Of a stretch of 64,000 nucleotides of DNA, positions 11,635-21,223 are shown in pieces. A program made the position numbers and the translations under genes. The DNA comes from Actinomycetota bacterium. Lineage in GTDB: Bacteria; Actinomycetota; UBA4738; HRBIN12. The notes under the pieces are model-generated. The model did no database searches, was not told where the DNA came from, and saw only the letters and a list, made by a program, of their open reading frames with translations. Each line of letters starts with the position of its first letter. The first letter of the stretch is position 1. The stretch lies in the NCBI GenBank assembly GCA_036390995.1, contig DASWAT010000064.1, positions 18,282 to 82,281 of the forward strand. Direction: 5' to 3'.

Positions 11635-13209
11635 TTGCCGTTGCTGGGGTTCGAGGGGGAGAACGCGCGCGAGAAGGTCATCGTCCTGCTGACGATGTGC
11701 TTCGCGCTGGCCATGGCCATGCTCGACAACACCGTCGTGAACGTGGCGCTGCCCACGATCAGCGAGAAGCTGGGCGCCGGCGTCTCGGGCCTGCAGTGGA
11801 TCGTCGACGGCTACACGCTGGCCTTCGCCTCGCTCCTTCTTACCGGCGGGATCGTGGGCGACCGGTACGGTCGCAAGCGCATGTTCGTGACCGGGCTCTC
11901 CGTCTTCACCCTCGCCTCGCTCGCGTGCGGGCTGTCACAGAGCACCGGACAGCTCGTCGTGTTCCGGGCCATCCAGGGGCTCGGGGCCTCGCTGCTGATC
12001 CCGGGCACGCTCTCCATCATCACGGTCACGTTCCCACCCCACGAGCGCGCGCACGCCATCGGGCTGTGGGCCGGGATCTCCGGTTTGGCGCTCGCGCTCG
12101 GGCCGACCGTCGGCGGGCTCATGGTCGAGCACCTCGGATGGCAGTCGGTCTTCTTCCTGAACGTGCCGATCGGCGTGCTCGCGTTCGTGATCGCCATCCG
12201 CACCGTGCGCGAATCCGTGTCCGAGATCGAGCGGCGGCTGGACATCCCCGGCCTGGTCCTTGGAACCGGTGCCCTGTTCTCGGCGACCTACGGGCTCATC
12301 GAGGCCAATCAGCTCGGATGGGGTGACCCGATGATCGTCTCCTCGTTCGTGGTGTTCGGGCTCCTCCTGCTGGGGTTCCTGACGGCGGAGCTGCGCAACC
12401 CGCACGCCATGATGCCGCTCGGGTTCTTCCGCATCCCCGCGTTCTCCGCGGGGAACACCGTCGCGTTCGCCGTGTCGCTGGGGATGTTCGCGGCGTTCTT
12501 CTTCCTCAGCCTGTACATGCAGCTGATCCACCTCTACTCACCGTTCCAGGCGGGGCTCCGGTTCCTGCCGATGACGCTCGGGATCGTGGCCACGGCGCCG
12601 GCCGCCGGGCGATACGCGCAGCGGAACGGCTCGCGCGCCCCCATGACGTACGGACTCCTGCTGTCGGGCGGCGGGCTCCTGCTCCTCGGCATGTCGCTGC
12701 AGACCGACAGCTCGTACCTGTACATGTTCCCGATCTTCGTGTTCATGGGGCACGGGATGGGGGCCACCATGGCGCCCATGACCGCGGCCGTCATGAACTC
12801 GGTTGGCCCGCAGCGCGCCGGAATGGGGTCCGCCATGACGAACACGTCCCGGGAGGTCGGCGGGGTGCTGGGGATCGCGCTGCTCGGCACGATCCTCACC
12901 ACGAAGCTCAAGGGCACGCTGATGCCGGCCCTCGTCGGCCTGGGGCTTTCCCCCGCCCATCAGCAGGTCATCGCCGAGGCGGCGGGCCACGGGACGCTCG
13001 ACCCGTCTCTGCTGGCCGGCCTGTCCCCCACGCAGGCCGTCGGGGTGCAACAGGCCTTCGGACATGCGTTCATGGACGGGTTCCACGTGGCACTCACGTT
13101 CGGCGGGATCATCCTGCTGATCGCCGCGGTGGTTGCGAATCGCTGGATCCCCAGCGGAGGTACGGTCCGCGAACACGCCGAGGTCGAGGCCGTCGTCGCC
13201 CAGGTCTGA
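11635..13209 (+). CDS. MFS transporter, DHA2 (14-TMS) drug:H+ antiporter family
   Basis: TTG at 11635 preceded by a GAGGAGAAGGAG RBS. Motifs AMAMLDNTVVNVALPTI and GxLxDRYGRKR. About 14 TM segments. Confidence 0.8.
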   Translation: MPLLGFEGENAREKVIVLLTMCFALAMAMLDNTVVNVALPTISEKLGAGVSGLQWIVDGYTLAFASLLLTGGIVGDRYGRKRMFVTGLSVFTLASLACGLSQSTGQLVVFRAIQGLGASLLIPGTLSIITVTFPPHERAHAIGLWAGISGLALALGPTVGGLMVEHLGWQSVFFLNVPIGVLAFVIAIRTVRESVSEIERRLDIPGLVLGTGALFSATYGLIEANQLGWGDPMIVSSFVVFGLLLLGFLTAELRNPHAMMPLGFFRIPAFSAGNTVAFAVSLGMFAAFFFLSLYMQLIHLYSPFQAGLRFLPMTLGIVATAPAAGRYAQRNGSRAPMTYGLLLSGGGLLLLGMSLQTDSSYLYMFPIFVFMGHGMGATMAPMTAAVMNSVGPQRAGMGSAMTNTSREVGGVLGIALLGTILTTKLKGTLMPALVGLGLSPAHQQVIAEAAGHGTLDPSLLAGLSPTQAVGVQQAFGHAFMDGFHVALTFGGIILLIAAVVANRWIPSGGTVREHAEVEAVVAQV

Positions 13210-13260
13210 CGCGTCGCTGCGGCGTCTCCCGGGTAGTAGGGTTTGGGCAGGAGGTCAGGG

Positions 13261-13506
13261 ATGGCCGACGACGAAGACGTCATCGCGCGGATCAACGAGC
13301 TCGCGCACGAGGAGCACGAGCTGTTCGAGAGGGAGTCGCGGGGTCAGGCCGCGCCGAGGGAGCGGGCCCGCCTGAAGGAGATCGAGGTGCAGCTCGACCA
13401 GTGCTACGACGTGCTGCACCAGCGGCGGGCCAGGCGGGCAGCGGGCCTGGATCCGAACGAGGTATCGGTGAGAGACGCCGCCACGGTCGAGGGGTACACG
13501 GGATAG
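13261..13506 (+). CDS. DUF2630-like small protein
   Basis: Start MADDEDVIARINELAHEEHELFERE...; charged helical roughly 80-aa protein matching the DUF2630 pattern. Confidence 0.5.
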   Translation: MADDEDVIARINELAHEEHELFERESRGQAAPRERARLKEIEVQLDQCYDVLHQRRARRAAGLDPNEVSVRDAATVEGYTG

Positions 13507-13723
13507 CCCTCGTGTACCACGTGACGTACCGCGCCCTGCAGCTCTGCGACGAGGACCTCGAGATCGCCCCGAGCTGATGCTGGTCACGCCCCGGCCGCAC
13601 CCCCGGCCATCAGGCGCCCTCCCACTTCGACCACCCGACCCCGCGGTTCCGGGTCACCCGGCCCTCCGGGCCGTGTCGCGCACGGCCTACCGTGACCGGT
13701 AGCGAACCCCGCGGAGGTGGCTC

Positions 13724-14410
13724 ATGACCAGCAAGACCTTGGTGCGTCGGCTCGGCCTGCTCGCCGGAGCCGCCGTGGCGTACACGACGCTCGTTCGACC
13801 CTGGCAACTCCACTGGGGGGCGACCTGTGCGGAGGACCTCGAGGAGCTCCCCGGCGACGACCTGCTGCCCCAGGCACGACTCCAGGCAACGCGGGCCGTC
13901 ACGATCCAGGCCCGGCCCTCTGACGTCTGGCCCTGGCTCGTGCAGATCGGCGCCGACAAGGGGGGGTTCTACACGTACGACGCGCTGGAGAACGCCTTCG
14001 GCCTGGGGATCCACAGCGTGGAGCGGCTGGTCAGCGGGTGGCAGCACCTGCGGCCGGGCGACTTCGTCGCGGCCGACCGGAGGAAGCGCGGCGGTTGGTA
14101 CGTGGAGACGCTCGAGCCCGAGCGCACGCTGGTGCTGTGGACCGGTGACCCCAAGACCGGCTGGCGCTTCGACGGCGTGGAGACGCCCGCCGGCTACACG
14201 TGGGCATACGTCCTCCGCGAGCTGCCCGACGGATCCACCCGGCTGCTCGTGCGGGCCCGCTTCGCGTACCGGAACCGCCTGCTGGGGCTCCCGGTGGAGC
14301 TGATCGAGCTGGTGGATTTCCTCATGGTCCAGCGGATGCTCCGAGGCATCCGGGACCGGGCCGAGCACTGCGCACCCACGCCCGTGATGCTGGAGGGCAC
14401 GGCCGCGTAG
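13724..14410 (+). CDS. SRPBCC (START/polyketide-cyclase-like) family protein
   Basis: 228-aa ORF. GGAGG RBS region upstream. Hydrophobic N-terminus followed by SRPBCC-like fold features. Confidence 0.55.
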   Translation: MTSKTLVRRLGLLAGAAVAYTTLVRPWQLHWGATCAEDLEELPGDDLLPQARLQATRAVTIQARPSDVWPWLVQIGADKGGFYTYDALENAFGLGIHSVERLVSGWQHLRPGDFVAADRRKRGGWYVETLEPERTLVLWTGDPKTGWRFDGVETPAGYTWAYVLRELPDGSTRLLVRARFAYRNRLLGLPVELIELVDFLMVQRMLRGIRDRAEHCAPTPVMLEGTAA

Positions 14411-14476
14411 ATGTAGCGCGTCCTCCCGCCGCCTTGCTACGGTCGTGCCACCCCGGCGCCCGGTGAGGAGGAGGCC

Positions 14477-15598
14477 ATGGCGCACATCGACACGTTCGCG
14501 ATGGAGCGGATGCAGTCGCTCCACTGGCACGAGGTCGAATACGACCTGTCCGAGAGCGGCGTGACGCCGCTCTCCGTGGAGGAGCTCCTCGGCGATGGAG
14601 CGGACCCACGCGAGTTCCTTCACACCGCGCTCGGCTACCCGTTGTCGGAGGGCTCGGAGGCCACGCGGGAGCGCATCGCCTCCTGGTACCCGGGCGCGGG
14701 CACAGAGAACGTCACGGTCGTGAACGGGGGCTCCGAGGCCAACCACCTGGCGCTGTGGACGCTGCTCGAACCGGGTGATCGCCTGGCCTTCATGGTCCCG
14801 AACTACCTGCAGGGCTTGGGCCTCGGCCGCCACTACGGCGAGGCCACCGACGTCTTCCGGCTGCGCATGACCGGGGATCGGTGGATGCTCGACCTCGACG
14901 AGCTGGACCGGGCCGTAACCGAGCGGACGAAGGTGGTGATGGTCTGCAACCCGGACAACCCAACGGGCCACGTCCTGTCCGACGAAGAGATGACCGCGGT
15001 GATCGAGGCTGCCCAACGCGCGAACGCGTGGCTCGTGGCGGACGAGGTCTACCGCGGTGCCGAAGTGGGCGTCGATGAGTCCTCTCCCACCTTCTGGGGC
15101 CGGTACGACAAGGTGATCGTGTCGTCGGGCCTGTCGAAGGCGTTCGCCATGCCGGGCTTGCGGATCGGATGGGTCGTCGCGCCCGAGGAGACCGTCCGGG
15201 AGATCTGGATCCGGCACGACTACACGACGCTGACGCCCGGCATGCTCTCGGATCTCCTGGCCACCGTCGCCATGGAGCCGGCGCGCCGCGAGCAGATCCT
15301 GGCGCGCACCCGCGGCATCATCCGCCGACAGCTGCCGCTGCTCGAGGAGTGGATCAACACCCACGACGACGTGTTCGGCTACGTGCCACCCGACGCAGGA
15401 GCGATCGCCTACGTCGAGTGCGACCTACCGGTGGCCAGCGCCGATCTCGCGGAGCGTATCCGCACGGAACGATCGGTGCTGCTCGTGCCCGGCGAGATGT
15501 TCGGCCTTGGGAACGGGTTCCGGTTCGGCTACGGGTACGACATCGAGCACACCCTGAAGGGTCTGGCCCGAGTGGACGAGGTGCTGCGCACGCTCTGA
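14477..15598 (+). CDS. Class I/II PLP-dependent aminotransferase
   Basis: 373 aa. Motifs MVCNPDNPTG and SSGLSKAFAMPGLRIGW (PLP-Lys). GAGGAGG RBS. Confidence 0.8.
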   Translation: MAHIDTFAMERMQSLHWHEVEYDLSESGVTPLSVEELLGDGADPREFLHTALGYPLSEGSEATRERIASWYPGAGTENVTVVNGGSEANHLALWTLLEPGDRLAFMVPNYLQGLGLGRHYGEATDVFRLRMTGDRWMLDLDELDRAVTERTKVVMVCNPDNPTGHVLSDEEMTAVIEAAQRANAWLVADEVYRGAEVGVDESSPTFWGRYDKVIVSSGLSKAFAMPGLRIGWVVAPEETVREIWIRHDYTTLTPGMLSDLLATVAMEPARREQILARTRGIIRRQLPLLEEWINTHDDVFGYVPPDAGAIAYVECDLPVASADLAERIRTERSVLLVPGEMFGLGNGFRFGYGYDIEHTLKGLARVDEVLRTL

Positions 15599-15618
15599 GG
15601 CGGCCGCGTTCTCGCGCG

Positions 15619-16806
15619 TCACACCTCGCCGCCGCGCCACGCCTCCTTCAGTCTCACCCGGCGACCGATCCGCAGCACCGCTCCGGCATATATCCGCCCG
15701 GCCAGTTGCACCATCGCGTAGATCGTGGCCAGCATGAGCGCGACCGAGAGGACGATCTGCCACCAGGGCACGGCGCCGTTCGCGATCCGGACGGTCATGA
15801 CCATCGGGGCCGTGGGCGGGACGAGCGAGCCGATCAGGGCTCCCAGGCTGTCGGGTGACTGCACGGCCCCGAACGAGAAGAAGTACCCGACCAGCAGCAC
15901 CGCCGTGATCGGGAACGTCATGCTCTGCGCCTCCTCCTGGCGCGAGACCAGCGAGCCCGCCGCCGCGTACAGGACCGAGTAGAAGCCGTAGCCCAGGACG
16001 AACCAGAACAGGATCCACCCGATCGTCCCCGGCGTGGTCGTCGGCGCCAGGGTGTTCCCCGAGAGCGCGAGCGCGACGAGCGCCGAGGCCGCCACCGCCG
16101 CGAACTGCGCCAAACCCACCAGCCCGATCCCGGCGATCTTGCCGGCGAGCAGCTCGGTGGGCCGAAGGCGCGAGAGCAGCACCTCGACCACGCGGCTGGA
16201 CTTCTCCTCCACCACGCCGACCAGCAGGAAGCCGCCGTAGAAGCTGATGGCCATGAACAGCAGCACCAGGCCGATCGTCGCCAGCGTGATGCGCGCGGAC
16301 CGCTCCTTCGAAGCTGGCTCGAGGCTCTGGGACACGAGATCCGGCGGTCGCAGCAGCCGCTGCGCCTGCTCGGGCGTGAGGCCGAGGTCGGCGATCGCCT
16401 GCTGCTGCTCCACGGCCTGCACCGCAGAGGTCACGATGGACCGGAGCTGCTCGTCCGCCTCGGCCTTCCACACGAGCTCCCGCTGGTCCACCAGCAGGAC
16501 CGCGATGTCGCCCGAGCGCAGGGCGACCCGTCCGGCCGTCTCGTCGGAGAACCCGCGCGTCTTCACCGTGAGATCGAACTGCTGCCCCGCCGCCCGCAGG
16601 AGCTCGGGGAGCTGCGACGAGCTCTCGCCGGCCAGGCCGACCGTCCGAGTGGGCTTCGCGCCTCCGCCGTACATCTCGGGCACGACGATGATGGCCACGA
16701 CGATCAGGACCGACAGGAGCGTCGAGATCCGGAAGGCCACGGAACGTACGCGCTGGTTCCACTCGCGCCGGGCAACCAGCAACACACGTCGCGCACCGCC
16801 GGTCAT
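15619..16806 (-). CDS. ABC-2 family transporter permease
   Basis: 395 aa. N-terminal TM, large extracytoplasmic loop, then five TM segments. Translationally coupled (ATGA) to the upstream ATPase. Confidence 0.75.
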   Translation of the reverse strand: MTGGARRVLLVARREWNQRVRSVAFRISTLLSVLIVVAIIVVPEMYGGGAKPTRTVGLAGESSSQLPELLRAAGQQFDLTVKTRGFSDETAGRVALRSGDIAVLLVDQRELVWKAEADEQLRSIVTSAVQAVEQQQAIADLGLTPEQAQRLLRPPDLVSQSLEPASKERSARITLATIGLVLLFMAISFYGGFLLVGVVEEKSSRVVEVLLSRLRPTELLAGKIAGIGLVGLAQFAAVAASALVALALSGNTLAPTTTPGTIGWILFWFVLGYGFYSVLYAAAGSLVSRQEEAQSMTFPITAVLLVGYFFSFGAVQSPDSLGALIGSLVPPTAPMVMTVRIANGAVPWWQIVLSVALMLATIYAMVQLAGRIYAGAVLRIGRRVRLKEAWRGGEV

Positions 16807-17699
16807 GCGCCCCGCCCCTCCGACACCGCTTCCAGGAACAGATCCGTGAGCGAGGGCGGCTCGAAGCTGAACGCGGTGACCTCACCGGCCTGGCGCGCGC
16901 TCGCGAGGATCCCGTCCAGGTCGACCGAAGCGTCGACCAGGACGCGCAGCCGGCCGTCCTGCCGGCTGGTGACGGTTCCGCTCGGCAGCATGGGCACCCA
17001 CGGTTCCCCGTTCACGGTGACCTGCAGCGAGCGGTGCGGGGAGGCCGCCTTCAGCTCCTCCACCACGCCGGCCAGCACGATCCTGCCGTGGTCGATGATC
17101 ACGACGTCCTGGCATACGTCCTCGACCAGGTCGAGCTGGTGGCTCGAGAACACCACGGCCACGCCGGTCACGGCCGTCTGCACGAGCATCTCGGCGAGCG
17201 ACTCCACGCCGAGCGGATCGAGCCCGCTGAACGGCTCGTCCAGCACGACGAGCTCGGGCTCGTGGACCAGCGCGGCGGCCAGCTGCACGCGCTGCTGGTT
17301 CCCGTGGGAGAGCTCCTCCAGGCGGGCGTCGGCCCGGTCGCCCAGGCCCAGTCGTTCGAGCCATCGCGCGGCGGCGTCCTTGGCCTTGGCCCCGCTCAGT
17401 CCCGACAGCTCGGCGAGGTACGCGAGCTGCTCACCGACCTTCATCTTCGAGTAGAGCCCTCGCTCCTCCGGCATGTACCCGAAGCGCGCGCGCTCCTCCG
17501 GGCCGACCGGCGCCCCCTTCCACCGCACGTCGCCCCGGTCCGGGCGCACGAGGCCGAAGACCGCCCGCATCGTGGTGGTCTTGCCGGCTCCGTTCGGTCC
17601 CAGGAACCCGACGATCCGCCCCGGCGCCACGCTGAACGTTGCCCCATCGAGGGCCACCACGTCCCCGTAGCGCTTCGTCAGGTCCCGGATCTCGAGCAC
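16803..17699 (-). CDS. ABC transporter ATP-binding protein with C-terminal DUF4162-like extension
   Basis: Walker A GPNGAGKTT. Signature LSHGNQQRV. Walker B LVVLDEPFSGLD. Confidence 0.85.
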   Translation of the reverse strand: MLEIRDLTKRYGDVVALDGATFSVAPGRIVGFLGPNGAGKTTTMRAVFGLVRPDRGDVRWKGAPVGPEERARFGYMPEERGLYSKMKVGEQLAYLAELSGLSGAKAKDAAARWLERLGLGDRADARLEELSHGNQQRVQLAAALVHEPELVVLDEPFSGLDPLGVESLAEMLVQTAVTGVAVVFSSHQLDLVEDVCQDVVIIDHGRIVLAGVVEELKAASPHRSLQVTVNGEPWVPMLPSGTVTSRQDGRLRVLVDASVDLDGILASARQAGEVTAFSFEPPSLTDLFLEAVSEGRGA

Positions 17700-17851
17700 G
17701 GGCGCCTCCAGAGCCGCATCCAGCTTCCCCGGTGCGGCACGATACTGGACGACGCGAGGGTCCCGGCCGCCGAGGGCCGTCCGTCCCTTCGCGGGGCGGA
17801 AGTGGGTCTGCTGTGCTCGCCTGGGATACAGCCCGTTCGAGGGGGCTCGTG

Positions 17852-18301
17852 ATGTGGTTCCTGAACCGGGTGGCGAACCCGGTCCTGCGATGGGTCTTGC
17901 GATCGCGGATGCACCGGCTGGCCAGCGGGTCGCTCATGCTGATCACGCTCCATGGGCGGCGCACCGGGCGCGCCTACACGATCCCCGTGCAATACGCGGA
18001 GGACGGCGGGCAGGTGATCGTCTACCCGGGACGGCCCGGGCGGAAGGTGTGGTGGAAGAACCTCGAGGGCGGCGTCCCGGTCACGTTCCGGATCCGCGGT
18101 CGCGAGACGGCCGGCACGGCCCACGTGGTACGCGAGCCGTCCGCCGTCGCCGACGGTCTGGCCGTGTTCCTCGCCCGGTTCCCGTCCGCGGCCCGCTCGC
18201 TCGGCGTCCCCAAGAGCGCCGACGGCGCGTGGAACGCGTCGGAGCTCCTCCACGCGGCGATGGAGCGTGTCATCGTCCGGATCGAGCCATCGGACGGCTG
18301 A
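17852..18301 (+). CDS. Deazaflavin(F420)-dependent nitroreductase family (DUF385/PPOX-class) protein
   Basis: ATG 17852 (MWFLNRVANPVLRWV...). Motif LLITLHGRRTGRAYTIPVQY. Typical size of about 150 aa. Confidence 0.6.
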   Translation: MWFLNRVANPVLRWVLRSRMHRLASGSLMLITLHGRRTGRAYTIPVQYAEDGGQVIVYPGRPGRKVWWKNLEGGVPVTFRIRGRETAGTAHVVREPSAVADGLAVFLARFPSAARSLGVPKSADGAWNASELLHAAMERVIVRIEPSDG

Positions 18302-18305
18302 CGGG

Positions 18306-18794
18306 TCACCCTCCTTCTTCGAGGATCCTTCGCAGGGTCGCCAGGGTGATCTGATCCTTGAGGCGGCCGGCGGCCTCCTTCGAACGGATCACGTCCTCGA
18401 GGGCGGCGACGGTCGTCTCCACATGCGGGAGGCGGACGCGCAGGGCACGTGCGGCCAGGTCCTTGTACCCCCGGGTTCCGGACGGTTCGAACGTGAGATC
18501 GAGATCGCCGTACTTCGTGACGAGGTTCCAGACCCGCGTGCGGGACAGTGACGCGGCGTCGTGATCGAAGGCGAGGCCATCCGGCTCACCGGCGGTCCTG
18601 ATCCGAGCGTTCAACTCGACGAGGACCCGGGACAGACGTTCGAGGTTGTCCCGGCTCTGCTCCGGCGTGATGTCGACGTCGCCGGTCCCGTGCGGTGAAC
18701 CGTGGATGATCCCCGCGAACCCGCCGATCACCACGTAGCGAACACCGTTGCGCTCCAATGCTTCCAGGATCTTCTCGGGCTCGAACTCACCCAC
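18306..18794 (-). CDS. Nucleotidyltransferase-fold protein (MNT/AbiEii/MenT-like), candidate toxin-antitoxin or defence component
   Basis: 162 aa. GG-x13-DVD (YVVIGGFAGIIHGSPHGTGDVDI) resembles the minimal nucleotidyltransferase G[GS]...DxD motif. Overlaps the upstream HTH gene by 8 nt. Confidence 0.5.
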   Translation of the reverse strand: MGEFEPEKILEALERNGVRYVVIGGFAGIIHGSPHGTGDVDITPEQSRDNLERLSRVLVELNARIRTAGEPDGLAFDHDAASLSRTRVWNLVTKYGDLDLTFEPSGTRGYKDLAARALRVRLPHVETTVAALEDVIRSKEAAGRLKDQITLATLRRILEEGG

Positions 18795-19113
18795 GCCGGG
18801 CTTCCTTCACCGCCCGCCGGCCCGCCGACGACAGTTCGAGCACCTTCTCGAACCGATCGACCCGCTCGGCCGGGGTGAGCCTGAGCAGCGCCTCGACCTG
18901 CGCCCACTCGGCTTCCTCCAGCGGGACCAAGCGGAACTGGAGATCGAAGCCACTGGCGCGAACCAGCTCCACGACTCGCTCGAGCGTGGGGGCCTCGGTC
19001 CCCGACTCGACCCGCGCGATGGCCGACTGGGTGGTCCCGGCCCTGGCCGCGAGCTCGGCCTGGCTGAGCCCCGCCCGGTGCCGCGCCTCACGAACGAACT
19101 GCGCTCCTCTCAT
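18787..19113 (-). CDS. XRE-family helix-turn-helix transcriptional regulator (putative antitoxin)
   Basis: 108 aa. Classic XRE HTH GLSQAELAARAGTTQSAIARVESG. Palindromic operator immediately upstream. Confidence 0.7.
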   Translation of the reverse strand: MRGAQFVREARHRAGLSQAELAARAGTTQSAIARVESGTEAPTLERVVELVRASGFDLQFRLVPLEEAEWAQVEALLRLTPAERVDRFEKVLELSSAGRRAVKEARRG

Positions 19114-19121
19114 GGGCAGAG

Positions 19122-19161
19122 TATAGCGTATCCGAGCTGGAACTAACCCTGGATACGATAT
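19122..19161. promoter_or_regulatory. Imperfect palindrome ATAGCGTATCC-N17-GGATACGATAT, candidate autoregulatory operator of the XRE/NTase operon
   Basis: Located 9-48 bp upstream of the HTH start codon, in a locally AT-rich patch. 10 of 11 matching arm positions. Confidence 0.45.
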
Positions 19162-19215
19162 GAGGGGCCGGCGCCCGACGGCTCCAACGTCGGGTCGCGC
19201 CCGATGGAACCGATG

Positions 19216-19623
19216 CTAGCCGGCAGCCGCTGGGCTTCCGAGCCTCGGCTCCCCCTCCACCAGGTGCCGCACCGTGGCGAGGAGCCACATGACGCCCATG
19301 ACTCCCGCGAGCGCCACGAAAGCCCCCCGGGTCCCCATGACGAGCCCGACGACGACGAGGATCATCGCCGCGATGCCCAGCGCCATGTTCACCGCGATCA
19401 ACGGATCGTGGAGCGTCAGGGCCGGATGCTTGATGGCCTCGCTGGTCCAGAACGCCGCTCCCCCGGTCCGGCACATCGGCTGGGCGACGATGAACAGGAC
19501 GATGACGCCCATCCGGTAGCTCCCGAGCAGCGGCCAATCCCACGACTGCAGCACCGCGACCGCGATCACCGCTCCGACCGCTGCGGCGATCGTCGCGACC
19601 CCGTCCCTCCATGTCAGATGCAT
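19216..19623 (-). CDS. Hypothetical 4-TM membrane protein
   Basis: 135 aa with four hydrophobic helices. No recognised family. Confidence 0.45.
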   Translation of the reverse strand: MHLTWRDGVATIAAAVGAVIAVAVLQSWDWPLLGSYRMGVIVLFIVAQPMCRTGGAAFWTSEAIKHPALTLHDPLIAVNMALGIAAMILVVVGLVMGTRGAFVALAGVMGVMWLLATVRHLVEGEPRLGSPAAAG

Positions 19624-19787
19624 CGTCGGTCCCTCCCGGCGGCCGTCGAGCGACGACCGGACGTCGCCGTCACGAAGGCCGGTTCGCGTGGCTCCTCCAG
19701 CATCGGCGTCGGCCCCCGGCGACGGCTACGGGCCACCGTCCCTCGAGCGACGGGCCGGCAGACCCGGCTCCCGGGCGACGGCACCCA

Positions 19788-20504
19788 TCAGGTCGGCAGG
19801 GATCCCCCGCGGGCCAGGAGGTGGTGGTAGGCGTAGCCCTCCAGGTGCCAGGGGCCCTCGGCGTCTTCCTCGATGGCGAAGCCCGCATCCGCGACCCATG
19901 TCCGGACCTGCTCCATGCTCGGATAGTGGTGGTAGTAGCCGTCGGGCTCCTCCCACATGACCTCGCCATCCACCACCGGAAGCCCCGACGTCCGGGCCTC
20001 CGCGTTCGCGGCACGGACGTCCTGTTCGCGGGCCAGCTCGACCGTCAGGTACAGGCCGCCGCCCTGGTGAAGGGCACGGCGGAAGCGCGTCAGGACGCCC
20101 GGCCAGTCCTCCGGGGGGACGAACTCCATGGCGTCAACGCACATCACGCCGTCGAACGCGTCCTCGTACGGGAGGTCCTGGAGGTCGTGCTTCTGGGTGG
20201 GGACGCCGGGGAACTTCTCTCCGGCCTTCGCCAGGTAGCCCCGGGTGTGGTCCACGCCGAGCAACGAGCGGCCACTCTCGAGGACCATCCCGAAGTACTT
20301 GCCGGTGCCACACGCGGCGTCGAGGACCCTGCCTTCGGGCGGGAGCGTCGAGAGGAACCGCTCGATGAACGCCCGGTGCGTGTCCTCGATCCGACCCCAC
20401 AGCGCGTCGTAGTCGGGGGCCAGCGCGTCCTCCTGATCCTCGTTCTCGCGCCGAAGCCTGCGAAGCCACGCCGCCCTGCCGGCCGCCGGGGTGGTATCGC
20501 CCAT
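19788..20504 (-). CDS. Class I SAM-dependent methyltransferase
   Basis: Motif I VLDAACGTGKY. Post-I acidic residue. Rossmann-like MTase architecture. Confidence 0.75.
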   Translation of the reverse strand: MGDTTPAAGRAAWLRRLRRENEDQEDALAPDYDALWGRIEDTHRAFIERFLSTLPPEGRVLDAACGTGKYFGMVLESGRSLLGVDHTRGYLAKAGEKFPGVPTQKHDLQDLPYEDAFDGVMCVDAMEFVPPEDWPGVLTRFRRALHQGGGLYLTVELAREQDVRAANAEARTSGLPVVDGEVMWEEPDGYYHHYPSMEQVRTWVADAGFAIEEDAEGPWHLEGYAYHHLLARGGSLPT

Positions 20505-20595
20505 GGGATGGCCCCTCCTCTCGGAGGACGTGGTGCGATGTCCTTTGCCCGGCCTAGTATCGTCCGCTCGGGACGGCCTGAGGAAGGGGAGCTCG

Positions 20596-21162
20596 ATGCA
20601 GGGGTTCGACCTCGACGGTCCGCTGCAGACCGAGCGGCTGCTCCTGCGTCCGTTCGTGGCCGACGACTTCGACGCGCTCCTCGCGATGCAGTCGCGGCCG
20701 GACGTCGTCAGGTACCTCTACTGGCACCCCCGGGACGAGGCCGAGGTCCGCACCGCCCTCGGGAAGAAGCTCGCGAGCGTCGGCATCCACTCGGAGGGCG
20801 ACGTCATCGCCCTCGCCGCGGTCCTCAAGGAGACGAACGAGGTGGTCGGCGATCTCATCCTCCAACTGATCAGCGCCGAGCACCAGACGGGCGAGATCGG
20901 CTTCATCGTCCACCCCGACCACCAGGGTCGCGGGTACGCCACCGAGGCGGCACGCGTGTTCCTGCGGATCGCGTTCGAGGACCTGCGGCTGCATCGTGTC
21001 ATCGGGCGGGTCGAGGCGCGGAACGCGGCCTCGGGCCGGGTTCTCGAGAAGCTGGGGATGCGGCAGGAGGCCCATCTGGTCGAGAACGAGTTCGTGAAGG
21101 GCGAATGGCAGAGCGAGCTCGTCTACGCGATCCTCGAGCGGGAGTGGCGCGGGGACCCCTGA
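20596..21162 (+). CDS. GNAT family N-acetyltransferase (RimJ/RimL-like)
   Basis: ATG 20596 after an AGGAAGGGGA RBS. Motif ERLLLRPF. Acetyl-CoA motif QGRGYATEA. Confidence 0.8.
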   Translation: MQGFDLDGPLQTERLLLRPFVADDFDALLAMQSRPDVVRYLYWHPRDEAEVRTALGKKLASVGIHSEGDVIALAAVLKETNEVVGDLILQLISAEHQTGEIGFIVHPDHQGRGYATEAARVFLRIAFEDLRLHRVIGRVEARNAASGRVLEKLGMRQEAHLVENEFVKGEWQSELVYAILEREWRGDP

Positions 21163-21223
21163 CGAAGCCGACCCCGTGCGCGGAGGGACTGGCTGGGCCA
21201 CTCGTCAGGACCTGGCCGCAGGG

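Noticed and set aside
13610-15364. 584-aa ORF on the minus strand
   Set aside because: It lies antisense to two well-supported plus-strand genes (SRPBCC and class I/II aminotransferase). Its composition is Arg/Pro/Gly-rich and low-complexity, typical of a high-GC antisense artefact.
15425-16885. 486-aa ORF on the minus strand overlapping the ABC-2 permease
   Set aside because: It is an alternative frame of the real permease and ATPase genes. It is Arg/Gly/Ala-rich with no domain features.
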